Assembly (NCBI GenBank): GCA_007131435.1
Contig: SLQM01000210.1
Location: forward strand, 1 to 34,169
DNA from: Syntrophomonadaceae bacterium
GTDB taxonomy: Bacteria; Bacillota; Dethiobacteria; DTU022
Direction: 5' to 3'
Length of the DNA: 34,169 nucleotides
The translations under genes and the position numbers were made by a program. The notes beneath the pieces are model-generated. The model saw only the letters and a list, made by a program, of their open reading frames with translations, was not told where the DNA came from and did not search any database. Of this stretch, positions 25,378-33,695 are shown one piece after another (position 1 is the stretch's first letter; each line of letters begins with the position of its first letter).

Positions 25378-28300
25378 ATGACCGAATATATAACTCTAAG
25401 TGTTGACGGGCGTATCCTAAAAGCTGAGAAGGGAACAATGCTGCTCAATATTTTAAACGATAATGAAATATTTATTCCCCAATTATGCAACCATCCGTCA
25501 CTACCACCGAGCGGATCATGCAGGTTGTGCTCAGTAGAAATTACAAAGGATGATTGGAATGGAAATTCAAAAATAGTAACATCATGTCTCTACCCTGCTG
25601 AAGATAAGCTGAAAATATCAACTCGTTCAAAAGATGTGCTTGAGTTACGAAGAAGCCTCCTCGGGCTATACATGGCTCGCTGCCCGGATTCAGAGACAAT
25701 TAAGGACCTGGCCCGCTTAGAGGGAGTAGACGAAACTCCGTATACCTTAAAAGAGGGTGGAGATAATTGCATTCTTTGCGGTCTCTGTACAAGGGTATGC
25801 CAGGATAGCGGCCCGGGAGCTATTTCGACACTGAGCCGGGGCATAGAAAAAATTGTGGGACCAGATATAACTACAGTTGCTGATCAATGTACAGGTTGTC
25901 GGGCATGTACTCATATATGCCCTACCGATGCAATACCTTTTACCCAGGAAAACAAAGTTTATGAAATATGGAACCGCAAATTTGAAATTCCCGTTTGCTC
26001 TGTTAACCCTGATAATTGCCGGGGTTGCGGGATTTGTGAAGAAGTATGCCCTTACAGCATACCACGTGTAACACTATACAAAACAGGTTTGAGCACTGCA
26101 ACTATTTCCGAAACTGCCTGCACAGGTTGTGGCATTTGTGCCGGCAGCTGCCCGACCGGCACAATAGAACAAAGCATCACGGACAACCTCGATCATTATT
26201 ATGATTTGTTTTTTAAGACCGACTTATCCGGTAAAACGGTTGTTTTCAGTTGTCCCAGGTCTCCAATGCCCGTTGAAGAGGAGACAGTTGTTCAAGTCAG
26301 CTGTATCGGGAATGTTGATCTTTCCATGATCCTTTACCCGCTGGCTGCAGGGGCCAGGGCAGTAGGGTTAATGTGCAGGGATAAACTTAGCTGCCCCTAT
26401 ATGCTTGGGGGAAATCTTGGAGAAGAAAAAATAGGCGTTGCTAAAGAACTGCTCTCCTACTGCGGGCTTGATGAGGATAGAATAGCCCTGCTTAACCCAG
26501 ACTATGGCCAGGATGGTCCAAAAAAGGCGTGGAATGATTTTCTGAAAAGAGCGCAGCTTTTATCTCCAACTGTGATTGATATATTTCCTGTCAGTAACAA
26601 TCAAGAGCGAGGACTGGATTTTGCTTTAAGTATTGTAAATTGGTTAAAAAGCGGTAAGGAATCTGAACCGGTTATACCGGATGAACTTAAAGTACTTTTT
26701 ACCAAGGACGATTTGCAGAGCACAGCTATTCTATACCTCGATAATCTTCCTGAAATACATCTGATGCTTCCTTTATTAACAAATGAAAAGCTTGTTTACG
26801 ATTATTTAAGATTCGCATCAGATGCTTTAAAACAGCTGGACATAAAGGTCAAACCTGCTTGCAGTGAAAAGGAAGTTGAAGAAAGCGAAATAACCAAAGT
26901 TATCGCTTTTAATCCTTATCCCGAAGGAAAAATGGAAAGCGGTAAAAAATATATTTCAATAAATGAACTGGCTGGAGTTAAAGACAAAGTAAAAGAAACA
27001 ATCCGCTTTTCTTTTAGCCTGGATCATGTCGAACGTAAAAAATTGATTGATCAGTTAATTGCCAGCGACGATGTGCTGTTTGTAAACAATCTTAGCCTTT
27101 ACCTGCAGTATGGACTGCTAATGCGTGAGGGTGCGTGGCAGCAAACACATAAAAAGTACCTTGTGCCAAAGTTTGCCTCAGCAACTAAAGATTTCAAGGG
27201 TGAAGAAATCAGAATTGGTAAGTCACTGCGCATAGATAATCATCCAATCCTTCCTGATATGGCAAAAAAAGAACTTTCTTTTTCATTTAACGGTTCACAT
27301 TTCAGCGCATGGGAAGGCGAAGTAATTACCTCTGCTCTATATGCAGCGGGTGTAACAGTTTTTGGCCATCATCACCGCGATGGCGGTGCCCAGGGAATAT
27401 ACTGCGTGAACGGGCAATGTTCCCAATGCATGGTAATTGCTGATGGTAAACCGGTCAAAGGATGTATGACGCCGGTAATTGAAGGCATGCAAGTTGAAAG
27501 CGTTGAGGGTTTGCCAAGGTTAAGAGACGATAGCCCTTTGCAAAATTTTAAACCGTTACCGGAAGAATACGAAGTAGAGGTCCTGATCATCGGCGGAGGA
27601 CCTGCCGGTATAAGTGCCGCAATTGAGTTGGGAACTGCAGGCGCTGATGTATTGGTGGTTGATGATAAGCAGGAACTTGGTGGAAAGCTGAGTCTACAGA
27701 CCCACAACTTTTTCGGTTCTGTAAAAGACTGTTATGCAGGAGATCGCGGAATTGATATCGGCTATACACTGGCAGATAAAATGCTTAAACAGCCAACTGT
27801 TGAAACCTGGCTCAATGCAACGGTAGTTGGTGTCTACAGTGATGGAAAATTCGGTGTTTCTATAAACGGATCTTACAGACTCGTAAAAGCTGCAAAAATA
27901 CTCTTCAGTACAGGAGCGCGTGAGAAAACGCTGTCAATACCTGGGTGCGACCTTCCCGGAGTGTACGGCGCAGGAGCTTTTCAAACTCTTGTGAACAGGG
28001 ATCTGGTTAAATGTGCTGAAAAGCTTTTTATAATTGGCGGCGGCAATGTCGGTTTAATCGGCGCTTATCATGCCTTGCAGGCAGGGATAGATGTTGTCGG
28101 ACTGGTTGAAGCCCTTCCCCAGTGCGGCGGCTACAAAGTGCACGAAGATAAAATTAAACGTTTAGGCGTTCCTGTTATGACATCACACACAGTTTTGCGA
28201 ATTGAGGGCAAAGAAAAGGCTGAAAGAGTTATTATTGCTGCTGTAGACAAAAACTTTATTCCTCAGCAGGGAACAGAAAGAATATTTGATGTTGACACGG

Positions 28301-29322
28301 TTTTGATGGCTGTAGGTTTAAGCCCGGTAGATGAACTCTATGAAAAGGCTAAAGAATACGGTCTGGATGTTTATGTTGCTGGCGATGCTGAAGAGATTGC
28401 AGAAGCTTCGGCAGCAATTTTTTCCGGCAAAATAACAGGACGAAAAATTGCCCAGTCCCTGGGTTATGATTTCCCAATCCCAGGTAATTGGGAGGAATTT
28501 GGCGAAATCTTAAAACATCACTCTACAGAGATTGAAGAGTTTAAAGCAAAACATATAGATCAAGATGTTTACCCAATCATCCGATGCGTCCAGGAAATAC
28601 CCTGTAACCCCTGTACAGAGGCCTGTCCGAAGAACTGCATTACTATGAAAAATTCTATCCTGGATATTCCAGAATTCGGTGAAGAATGCATCGGCTGCGC
28701 AAATTGTCTTTTAGCCTGCCCCGGCCTGGCTATTAACCTAATGGTTGAAGATTTTGATCCGTTAAAAGAAAGCTCCTTGATAATCATGCCTTATGAATTT
28801 CACATTAATAATATACCTCTTGGCCAGGAAGTAATCACTGCCGGCTTTGAAGGAGAAGTTATCGGTAAAGGGCGGGTTTTAGCTTACAAGCAAAGAGGAA
28901 GTCAAAATAAAAGGGCCCTGGTTTTACTGGAAGTTCCTTATGAAGACAGGTTAAAAGTAGCCGGCTTTAAAATCAGGGATGAAGACCAGGGCCGCCCGTA
29001 TACCACTGATTTACCTGAAGATGATCCAATTGTATGCCGCTGCGAGAGGGTAAGAAAAAGTGAAATAGTCAATGCTATACGAAGTGGGGTTAAAGATCTG
29101 AACCAGCTCAAAGCACAAATCAGAACAGGGCTTGGAGGTTGCAACGGCAAAACCTGTTTTGATCTTATCCTCAGAATTTACAGGGAACAGGGGATACCAC
29201 TTTCAGAATTAACTATGCCCACTCACAGGCCATTGGTAGCAGAAGTCCATCTTGGTGATTTTATTTCTGCCGATTCAACAAGAATAGCTGTTGACGCAGG
29301 GGAGGCAGACAATGCCAGTTAA
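25378..29322 (+). CDS. 1314-aa multidomain Fe-S flavoprotein combining [2Fe-2S], polyferredoxin, MvhD-like, an unknown domain of about 255 aa, and a proline-dehydrogenase/opine-oxidase/HcnAB-like alpha module
   Basis: I chose the ATG at 25378, after GGAAGG (25366-25371). The ORF-track TTG at 25351 overlaps the upstream stop. Motifs in order:
- plant/NuoG-type [2Fe-2S] (CNHPSLPPSGSCRLCSVE ... SC);
- four Cys clusters (CILCGLCTRVC, CTGCRACTHICP, CRGCGICEEVCP, CTGCGICAGSCP);
- an MvhD-like block (VVFSCPRS ... VSCIGNVDLSMILYPLAAGARAVGLMCRDKLSCPY);
- a HcnA/SoxA-type [2Fe-2S] (GIYCVNGQCSQCMV ... GC);
- FAD and NAD Rossmann folds (VLIIGGGPAGISAA, LFIIGGGNVGLIGA);
- CNPCTEACPKNC and CIGCANCLLACP;
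- a BFD-like [2Fe-2S] (CRCERV ... GGCNGKTC). Confidence 0.85.
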   Translation: MTEYITLSVDGRILKAEKGTMLLNILNDNEIFIPQLCNHPSLPPSGSCRLCSVEITKDDWNGNSKIVTSCLYPAEDKLKISTRSKDVLELRRSLLGLYMARCPDSETIKDLARLEGVDETPYTLKEGGDNCILCGLCTRVCQDSGPGAISTLSRGIEKIVGPDITTVADQCTGCRACTHICPTDAIPFTQENKVYEIWNRKFEIPVCSVNPDNCRGCGICEEVCPYSIPRVTLYKTGLSTATISETACTGCGICAGSCPTGTIEQSITDNLDHYYDLFFKTDLSGKTVVFSCPRSPMPVEEETVVQVSCIGNVDLSMILYPLAAGARAVGLMCRDKLSCPYMLGGNLGEEKIGVAKELLSYCGLDEDRIALLNPDYGQDGPKKAWNDFLKRAQLLSPTVIDIFPVSNNQERGLDFALSIVNWLKSGKESEPVIPDELKVLFTKDDLQSTAILYLDNLPEIHLMLPLLTNEKLVYDYLRFASDALKQLDIKVKPACSEKEVEESEITKVIAFNPYPEGKMESGKKYISINELAGVKDKVKETIRFSFSLDHVERKKLIDQLIASDDVLFVNNLSLYLQYGLLMREGAWQQTHKKYLVPKFASATKDFKGEEIRIGKSLRIDNHPILPDMAKKELSFSFNGSHFSAWEGEVITSALYAAGVTVFGHHHRDGGAQGIYCVNGQCSQCMVIADGKPVKGCMTPVIEGMQVESVEGLPRLRDDSPLQNFKPLPEEYEVEVLIIGGGPAGISAAIELGTAGADVLVVDDKQELGGKLSLQTHNFFGSVKDCYAGDRGIDIGYTLADKMLKQPTVETWLNATVVGVYSDGKFGVSINGSYRLVKAAKILFSTGAREKTLSIPGCDLPGVYGAGAFQTLVNRDLVKCAEKLFIIGGGNVGLIGAYHALQAGIDVVGLVEALPQCGGYKVHEDKIKRLGVPVMTSHTVLRIEGKEKAERVIIAAVDKNFIPQQGTERIFDVDTVLMAVGLSPVDELYEKAKEYGLDVYVAGDAEEIAEASAAIFSGKITGRKIAQSLGYDFPIPGNWEEFGEILKHHSTEIEEFKAKHIDQDVYPIIRCVQEIPCNPCTEACPKNCITMKNSILDIPEFGEECIGCANCLLACPGLAINLMVEDFDPLKESSLIIMPYEFHINNIPLGQEVITAGFEGEVIGKGRVLAYKQRGSQNKRALVLLEVPYEDRLKVAGFKIRDEDQGRPYTTDLPEDDPIVCRCERVRKSEIVNAIRSGVKDLNQLKAQIRTGLGGCNGKTCFDLILRIYREQGIPLSELTMPTHRPLVAEVHLGDFISADSTRIAVDAGEADNAS

Positions 29323-30487
29323 CAAAAATATATACGATGTGATTATCATAGGCTGTGGAAGTGTAGGTAACCCGACAGCATATCAGTTAGCTGAAGCGGG
29401 ATTAAGTGTTTTGGCAATAGACAGGCGCTCATCAGCAGGACAGGGTGATAATAAGACCGCGATTGGCGGTGTAAGGGCCACACACTCAGACCCAGGGAAA
29501 ATATCAACCTGCCTTTATAGTATTGACATATTCTCCTCATGGAATGAAAAATACGGGTTTGATATAGGATGGAAGCCTGGCGGTTATTGCTTCCCTGTAT
29601 ATGACCAGGATATTGAAAGTACATTAAAATCTCTGATACCCTACCAGAAAGAATGTGGGATGAAAATAGATTGGGTAGATGCTGAAACAATTAAAAATAT
29701 TATCCCCGGGATAAATGAAAATGATCTCCGCGGTGGAACTTATTCACCGGATGACGGCCAGGTTTCATCGATCCTGGCACCAATCGCATTTCAAAAGGAA
29801 GCTGAAAAGAACGGTGCAGTTTATCTATTTAATGAGCGGGTAACAGGTTATGAGCGTAAGGGGGATAGAATCGTAGGAGTTATTACCGACAAGGGTAAAT
29901 ATTATGCAGAATGGGTGGTTCTGGCTGCCGGATCAGACGCCGCAGAACATGGGCCGATGCTTGGAATAGATATACCGGTTACACCTGATGCGCATGAAGC
30001 TGGAATTTCTGCCCCTGTTGAACATTTTTTAGCTCCGCTGATTGTTGATCTGAGGGCAGGTGTGGATGGTAAAACCTCTAACTTTTATTTTGGGCAAAAC
30101 AAGGAAGGCCAGATAATATTTTGTTATACACCAAAAGATCTGTTTATCGGTACAGACAGGGAATCATTATCTGAATTTTTACCAATTCTTGCCCGACGCA
30201 TGGTTTCATTGATTCCGAGGTTAAAAAACCTTTTAATCAGAAGAATATGGCGCGGATGCTACCCGATGAGCCCGGATGGGGTTCCTATAATAGATTATGC
30301 ACCAGGTATCGAGGGATTAATCTTAGCAGTGGGAATGTGTGGACAGGGCTTAATGCTCGGCCCTGGTGTGGGCAAGAATATAACATCAATGATAACCAGC
30401 GGCTGTTCCTGCATCAGTTCTGAAGCACAAAACTGTTTTAGGTACGACAGGGATTTCTATCAAAAAGAGACTGAAACCCTCAAGTAG
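29312..30487 (+). CDS. FAD-dependent amine/imino-acid oxidoreductase (DAO family; sarcosine-oxidase-beta / L-proline-dehydrogenase-beta / D-hydroxyproline-dehydrogenase-like catalytic subunit)
   Basis: The N-terminal dinucleotide fold YDVIIIGCGSVGNPTAYQLAEAGLSVLAIDR and a C-terminal GMCGQGLMLGPGVG block are present. I chose the ATG at 29312, 6 nt after GGGGAGG (29299-29305). It overlaps the upstream stop by 11 nt, which suggests translational coupling. The ORF-track start is 29291. Confidence 0.85.
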   Translation: MPVNKNIYDVIIIGCGSVGNPTAYQLAEAGLSVLAIDRRSSAGQGDNKTAIGGVRATHSDPGKISTCLYSIDIFSSWNEKYGFDIGWKPGGYCFPVYDQDIESTLKSLIPYQKECGMKIDWVDAETIKNIIPGINENDLRGGTYSPDDGQVSSILAPIAFQKEAEKNGAVYLFNERVTGYERKGDRIVGVITDKGKYYAEWVVLAAGSDAAEHGPMLGIDIPVTPDAHEAGISAPVEHFLAPLIVDLRAGVDGKTSNFYFGQNKEGQIIFCYTPKDLFIGTDRESLSEFLPILARRMVSLIPRLKNLLIRRIWRGCYPMSPDGVPIIDYAPGIEGLILAVGMCGQGLMLGPGVGKNITSMITSGCSCISSEAQNCFRYDRDFYQKETETLK

Positions 30488-30546
30488 TATAATCTCCTAA
30501 CATCACTCGAGTTTATAGTCTTACAATTATTAAATTAATGAGTTTA

Positions 30547-30580
30547 AAAGCCTGTTTTAGCAGAACAAACAGGTTTTTAT
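30547..30580 (+). terminator. Rho-independent terminator of the dehydrogenase operon
   Basis: CCTGTTT (30551-30557) pairs with AAACAGG (30567-30573) across a 9-nt loop. AAAAG lies upstream and TTTTTATTAT follows. Confidence 0.75.
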
Positions 30581-30585
30581 TATGC

Positions 30586-30614
30586 TTGCATTAAAATATT
30601 GATTCATATAGAAT
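30586..30614 (+). promoter_or_regulatory. Sigma-A type promoter upstream of proC
   Basis: TTGCAT (30586-30591), a 17-nt spacer and TAGAAT (30609-30614), about 36 nt upstream of the proC ATG. Confidence 0.55.
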
Positions 30615-30650
30615 ACTTTCTAAGATCCTGTAAGAAAGAAGGGACAGATT

Positions 30651-31457
30651 ATGGATAATATCGGGTTAATCGGATGTGGAGCAATGGGTTCGGCCCTGGC
30701 AAAAGGAATGGTATTGAGAGGAGGCATTAAGCCGGACAATATCTACTTGTTTGACTTGAATAAAGAGCGCCAGGAACTTCTGTCAAATGAGCTTAATACG
30801 CATTCCGCAAGTGACTATTCGGAACTGGTTAAAAACTGTAAACATATTTTTATCGCAGTAAAACCACAGGATAGTGAAGGGCTGCTTTATTCTATTAAAC
30901 CTGGTATAGGAAATGAACATATATTAATATCAATTGCAGCTGGCATTACAATTAATTTTATTGAGAGCTGTTTATTTCCGGGGGCTAAAATAATTCGGCT
31001 TATGCCGAATACGCCATGCCTGATTGGCGAAGGAACAATTGTTATCAGCACCGGAGACACAATATCTGATCAGGAATTCAAGGCGGTTAATAAGCTTTTA
31101 AAACCTCTTGGTTTGGCTATTCGGATGCCTGAATACTTGATGGATGCCGCAACAGGTCTAAGCGGTACAGGACCTGCATATGTTTTTCTGTTTATCGAAA
31201 CGATGATCGATGCCGGGGTGGCTGTAGGAATCAGGCGCGATGTTGCCTCACGACTTGTTATTCAAAATGTAATTGGTTCGGCACGCATGCTGGAAGAAAA
31301 CATTACCCATCCTGCAGAGCTTAGAAATACTGTTACTTCTCCTGCCGGTACCACATCGACTGCAATGCAGGTTTTAGAAGAGAATGGATTTCGAAGCTGC
31401 CTGCTAAAAGCCGTAATTGCTGCTACTAAACGTTCTGAAGAACTGCGTCGTGGATAA
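30651..31457 (+). CDS. proC: Pyrroline-5-carboxylate reductase
   Basis: The Rossmann motif IGLIGCGAMGSALAKG is present, with P5CR blocks (AVKPQD, RLMPNTPCLIGEG, LSGTGPAYVFLFIE, VTSPAGTT). Confidence 0.93.
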   Translation: MDNIGLIGCGAMGSALAKGMVLRGGIKPDNIYLFDLNKERQELLSNELNTHSASDYSELVKNCKHIFIAVKPQDSEGLLYSIKPGIGNEHILISIAAGITINFIESCLFPGAKIIRLMPNTPCLIGEGTIVISTGDTISDQEFKAVNKLLKPLGLAIRMPEYLMDAATGLSGTGPAYVFLFIETMIDAGVAVGIRRDVASRLVIQNVIGSARMLEENITHPAELRNTVTSPAGTTSTAMQVLEENGFRSCLLKAVIAATKRSEELRRG

Positions 31458-31493
31458 CTTTTATAGGCATACTAACCTGGGAGGCTGATAAAA

Positions 31494-32678
31494 ATGAAAA
31501 GGTTCCATGAAGCTTTAGCTGGCGATTTACCAATGCTGGTTGATACAACACTGAGAGATGGGGAGCAGACAGCCGGAGTTGTATTTTCAAACCGGGAAAA
31601 ATTAAGAATAGCAAAAATGCTGGATAATCTTGGTGTTCACCAGATAGAAGCTGGCATTCCCGTCATGGGGGGCGACGAAAAAGAAGTTATAAAAGAGCTT
31701 GTATCTTATAAATTGAAAGCCAGTATAATGGCCTGGAACAGGGCAAACATCGAAGACATCAAGCATTCTATGGACTGTGGTGTAGATGCAGTTGCCATAT
31801 CTATTTCTACTTCGGACATACATATCACCCACAAATTAAAAACATCGAGAGAATGGGTCCTGGATAATATGACCAAGGCAGTAGAATTTGCTAAAAAACA
31901 GGGTTTTTATATATCTGTAAATGCAGAAGATGCATCGCGCAGTGATTTTGATTTTTTAGTAGAATTTGCTAACCGTGCGAAGCAAGCAGGTGCAGACAGG
32001 CTTAGATTTTGTGACACCATTGGAGTATTAGAGCCTTTTAAAACTTACCAGGTAATCACTGACTTGATCAAAAATACCGGTATAGCTGTAGAAATGCACA
32101 CGCATAATGACTTTGGTATGGCTACAGCAAATTCGCTTGCCGGTCTTAAAGCGGGAGCCCGTTTTATTGGCGTAACTGTAAACGGCCTCGGTGAACGAGC
32201 AGGCAATGCTGCGCTTGAAGAGGTTGCCATGGCCTTAAAGCATTTATTCGGGGTTAATCTTGGTGTAAACACAAAAGACTTCCGTAACTTATGTGAATAT
32301 GTAGCCAGGGCTTCCGGCAGGCAGCTTTATCCATCAAAACCGATCGTTGGAACGAATACTTTTGCCCATGAATCTGGAATTCATGCCGATGGGGTTCTAA
32401 AAAACCCGGAGACATACGAGGTATTCAGCCCTGAAGATGTTGGCCTGGAAAGACAGATAGTAATCGGAAAACATTCTGGTTCAAAAGCAATAAAGATGAA
32501 ATTTGTCGAATACGGTATAGATCTATCCGATGAAGAAGCAGCAGACTTGCTGGCAGCAGTAAGATCCGTAACGGTAGATCTAAAGCGAACACTCTTCGAT
32601 AAGGAGCTTATGTATATTTATGAAGACTATCTTTATGAAAAGAAACTTGCTCCATCCACCAGTAAGGAGGAAACTTAA
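31494..32678 (+). CDS. Homocitrate synthase / short citramalate-isopropylmalate-synthase family enzyme (NifV-like, DRE-TIM metallolyase, no LeuA regulatory domain)
   Basis: Family blocks are present ([66 protein letters not shown]). The protein is 394 aa. A GGGAGG RBS is present, and no terminator separates it from proC. Confidence 0.8.
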   Translation: MKRFHEALAGDLPMLVDTTLRDGEQTAGVVFSNREKLRIAKMLDNLGVHQIEAGIPVMGGDEKEVIKELVSYKLKASIMAWNRANIEDIKHSMDCGVDAVAISISTSDIHITHKLKTSREWVLDNMTKAVEFAKKQGFYISVNAEDASRSDFDFLVEFANRAKQAGADRLRFCDTIGVLEPFKTYQVITDLIKNTGIAVEMHTHNDFGMATANSLAGLKAGARFIGVTVNGLGERAGNAALEEVAMALKHLFGVNLGVNTKDFRNLCEYVARASGRQLYPSKPIVGTNTFAHESGIHADGVLKNPETYEVFSPEDVGLERQIVIGKHSGSKAIKMKFVEYGIDLSDEEAADLLAAVRSVTVDLKRTLFDKELMYIYEDYLYEKKLAPSTSKEET

Positions 32679-32690
32679 TTTGAAAATTAC

Positions 32691-32699
32691 TGGTATAAT
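32691..32699 (+). promoter_or_regulatory. Extended -10 element (TGgTATAAT) upstream of the ROK kinase gene
   Basis: TGGTATAAT at 32691-32699 matches TGnTATAAT, 37 nt before the ATG at 32736. The -35 element is poor. Confidence 0.4.
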
Positions 32700-32735
32700 C
32701 TTATAAAAGCCCATTTCCAAAAAGGAGAGCGGCAG

Positions 32736-33695
32736 ATGGATAAGAAGTTTTATTGTGTTATCGATATTGGCGGCACAAAAATATTAATGCTTCTGATTGA
32801 TGCTGAAGGCAGAGTGCTTTTTAAAGAGAAACATTCTACCCCTGTTCCCAAACTGCCTGAACTTATCATCGGAACTATTAAAAGCTTACTTGTAAAAGGT
32901 AAGGCAAAGGCAGGAGTTGATACAGACGCTGCTGCTGAAGGGATTGGCCTATGTATAGCCGGCTTTATTGATCATCGAAACGGTATAGTGTACCAATCAC
33001 CTAACCTGGACTGGCAAGACCCAGTCAAGGTATGCAAGATGTTGGAAAAAGTAACTGGCTGTCCAGTAATAATCGAAAATGACGCAAATGCAGCAGTGCT
33101 TGGAGAGGTGCACTTTGGAGCTGCCAGGGGACATAAAGATGTAGTCTATATAACCATAAGTACAGGTATAGGCGGTGGACTTTTCCTTGACGGCCAACTA
33201 TATCGGGGTAGCAGCGGCTTTGCCGGTGAAATAGGCCATATCAAACCATTTGGCAGGGGAAGAGGATGTAAATGTGGCGGCAATAACTGCCTGGAAGCCT
33301 GGGCATCAGGAACCGGCCTCAGCCGCAGCGCAGAAGAACTTTGGAATAAAAATGAATTAAATAACGGCCGGATAACAGCAGAAAAACTATTTATGATGGC
33401 AGACGAAGGCAATACACTGGCTCTCGAGATTGTAAATCATGCCGCAGAAAATCTTGGCTATGGCTTATCAAACCTTGTAAATCTTTTTAATCCTACCTGC
33501 ATCGTCCTCGGTGGGGGAATTGCCGGTAACAGGAATGATTTTATCAAAAAGATCGAAAATAAAGTCTTTGCTGAAGCAATTTATCCTTCCACCAGGATCA
33601 CCAGGCTGTTCATAAAAAAGGCCGAGCTCGAACCAGAAGCAGGTATTTGGGGGATGTATGCATTATTAACCAATAAAGTGGTGGATAACGATTGA
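32736..33695 (+). CDS. ROK family sugar kinase (glucokinase-like)
   Basis: The N-terminal ATP motif VIDIGGTKI, the block ENDANAAVLGE and the ROK zinc motif GHIKPFGRGRGCKCGGNNCLEAWASG are present. An AAGGAGAG RBS is present. Confidence 0.88.
   Translation: MDKKFYCVIDIGGTKILMLLIDAEGRVLFKEKHSTPVPKLPELIIGTIKSLLVKGKAKAGVDTDAAAEGIGLCIAGFIDHRNGIVYQSPNLDWQDPVKVCKMLEKVTGCPVIIENDANAAVLGEVHFGAARGHKDVVYITISTGIGGGLFLDGQLYRGSSGFAGEIGHIKPFGRGRGCKCGGNNCLEAWASGTGLSRSAEELWNKNELNNGRITAEKLFMMADEGNTLALEIVNHAAENLGYGLSNLVNLFNPTCIVLGGGIAGNRNDFIKKIENKVFAEAIYPSTRITRLFIKKAELEPEAGIWGMYALLTNKVVDND

Noticed and set aside
498-29311. The ORF-track start codons at 498 (mtnA), 3761 (rtcB), 9437 (livH), 25351 (mega-fusion) and 29291 (beta subunit).
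   Set aside because: In each case a downstream in-frame start (534, 3779, 9452, 25378, 29312) has a better-placed SD sequence, avoids or reduces overlap with the upstream gene, and gives the N-terminus typical of the family. The longest-ORF starts remain formally possible.
120-33412. About 45 short ORFs in the supplied track lie antisense to, or in alternative frames inside, the large recognisable genes. Examples are 2377-2883(-), 10971-11315(-), 12382-12723(-), 23966-24367(-), 24701-25135(-), 29346-29690(-), 10012-10323(+) and 27372-27707(-).
   Set aside because: Each is nested wholly within a gene that has strong family motifs. Their translations are low-complexity (Ser/Pro/Arg/Ile-rich) with no recognisable motifs or RBS. 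They are the expected by-product of long ORFs on the opposite strand.
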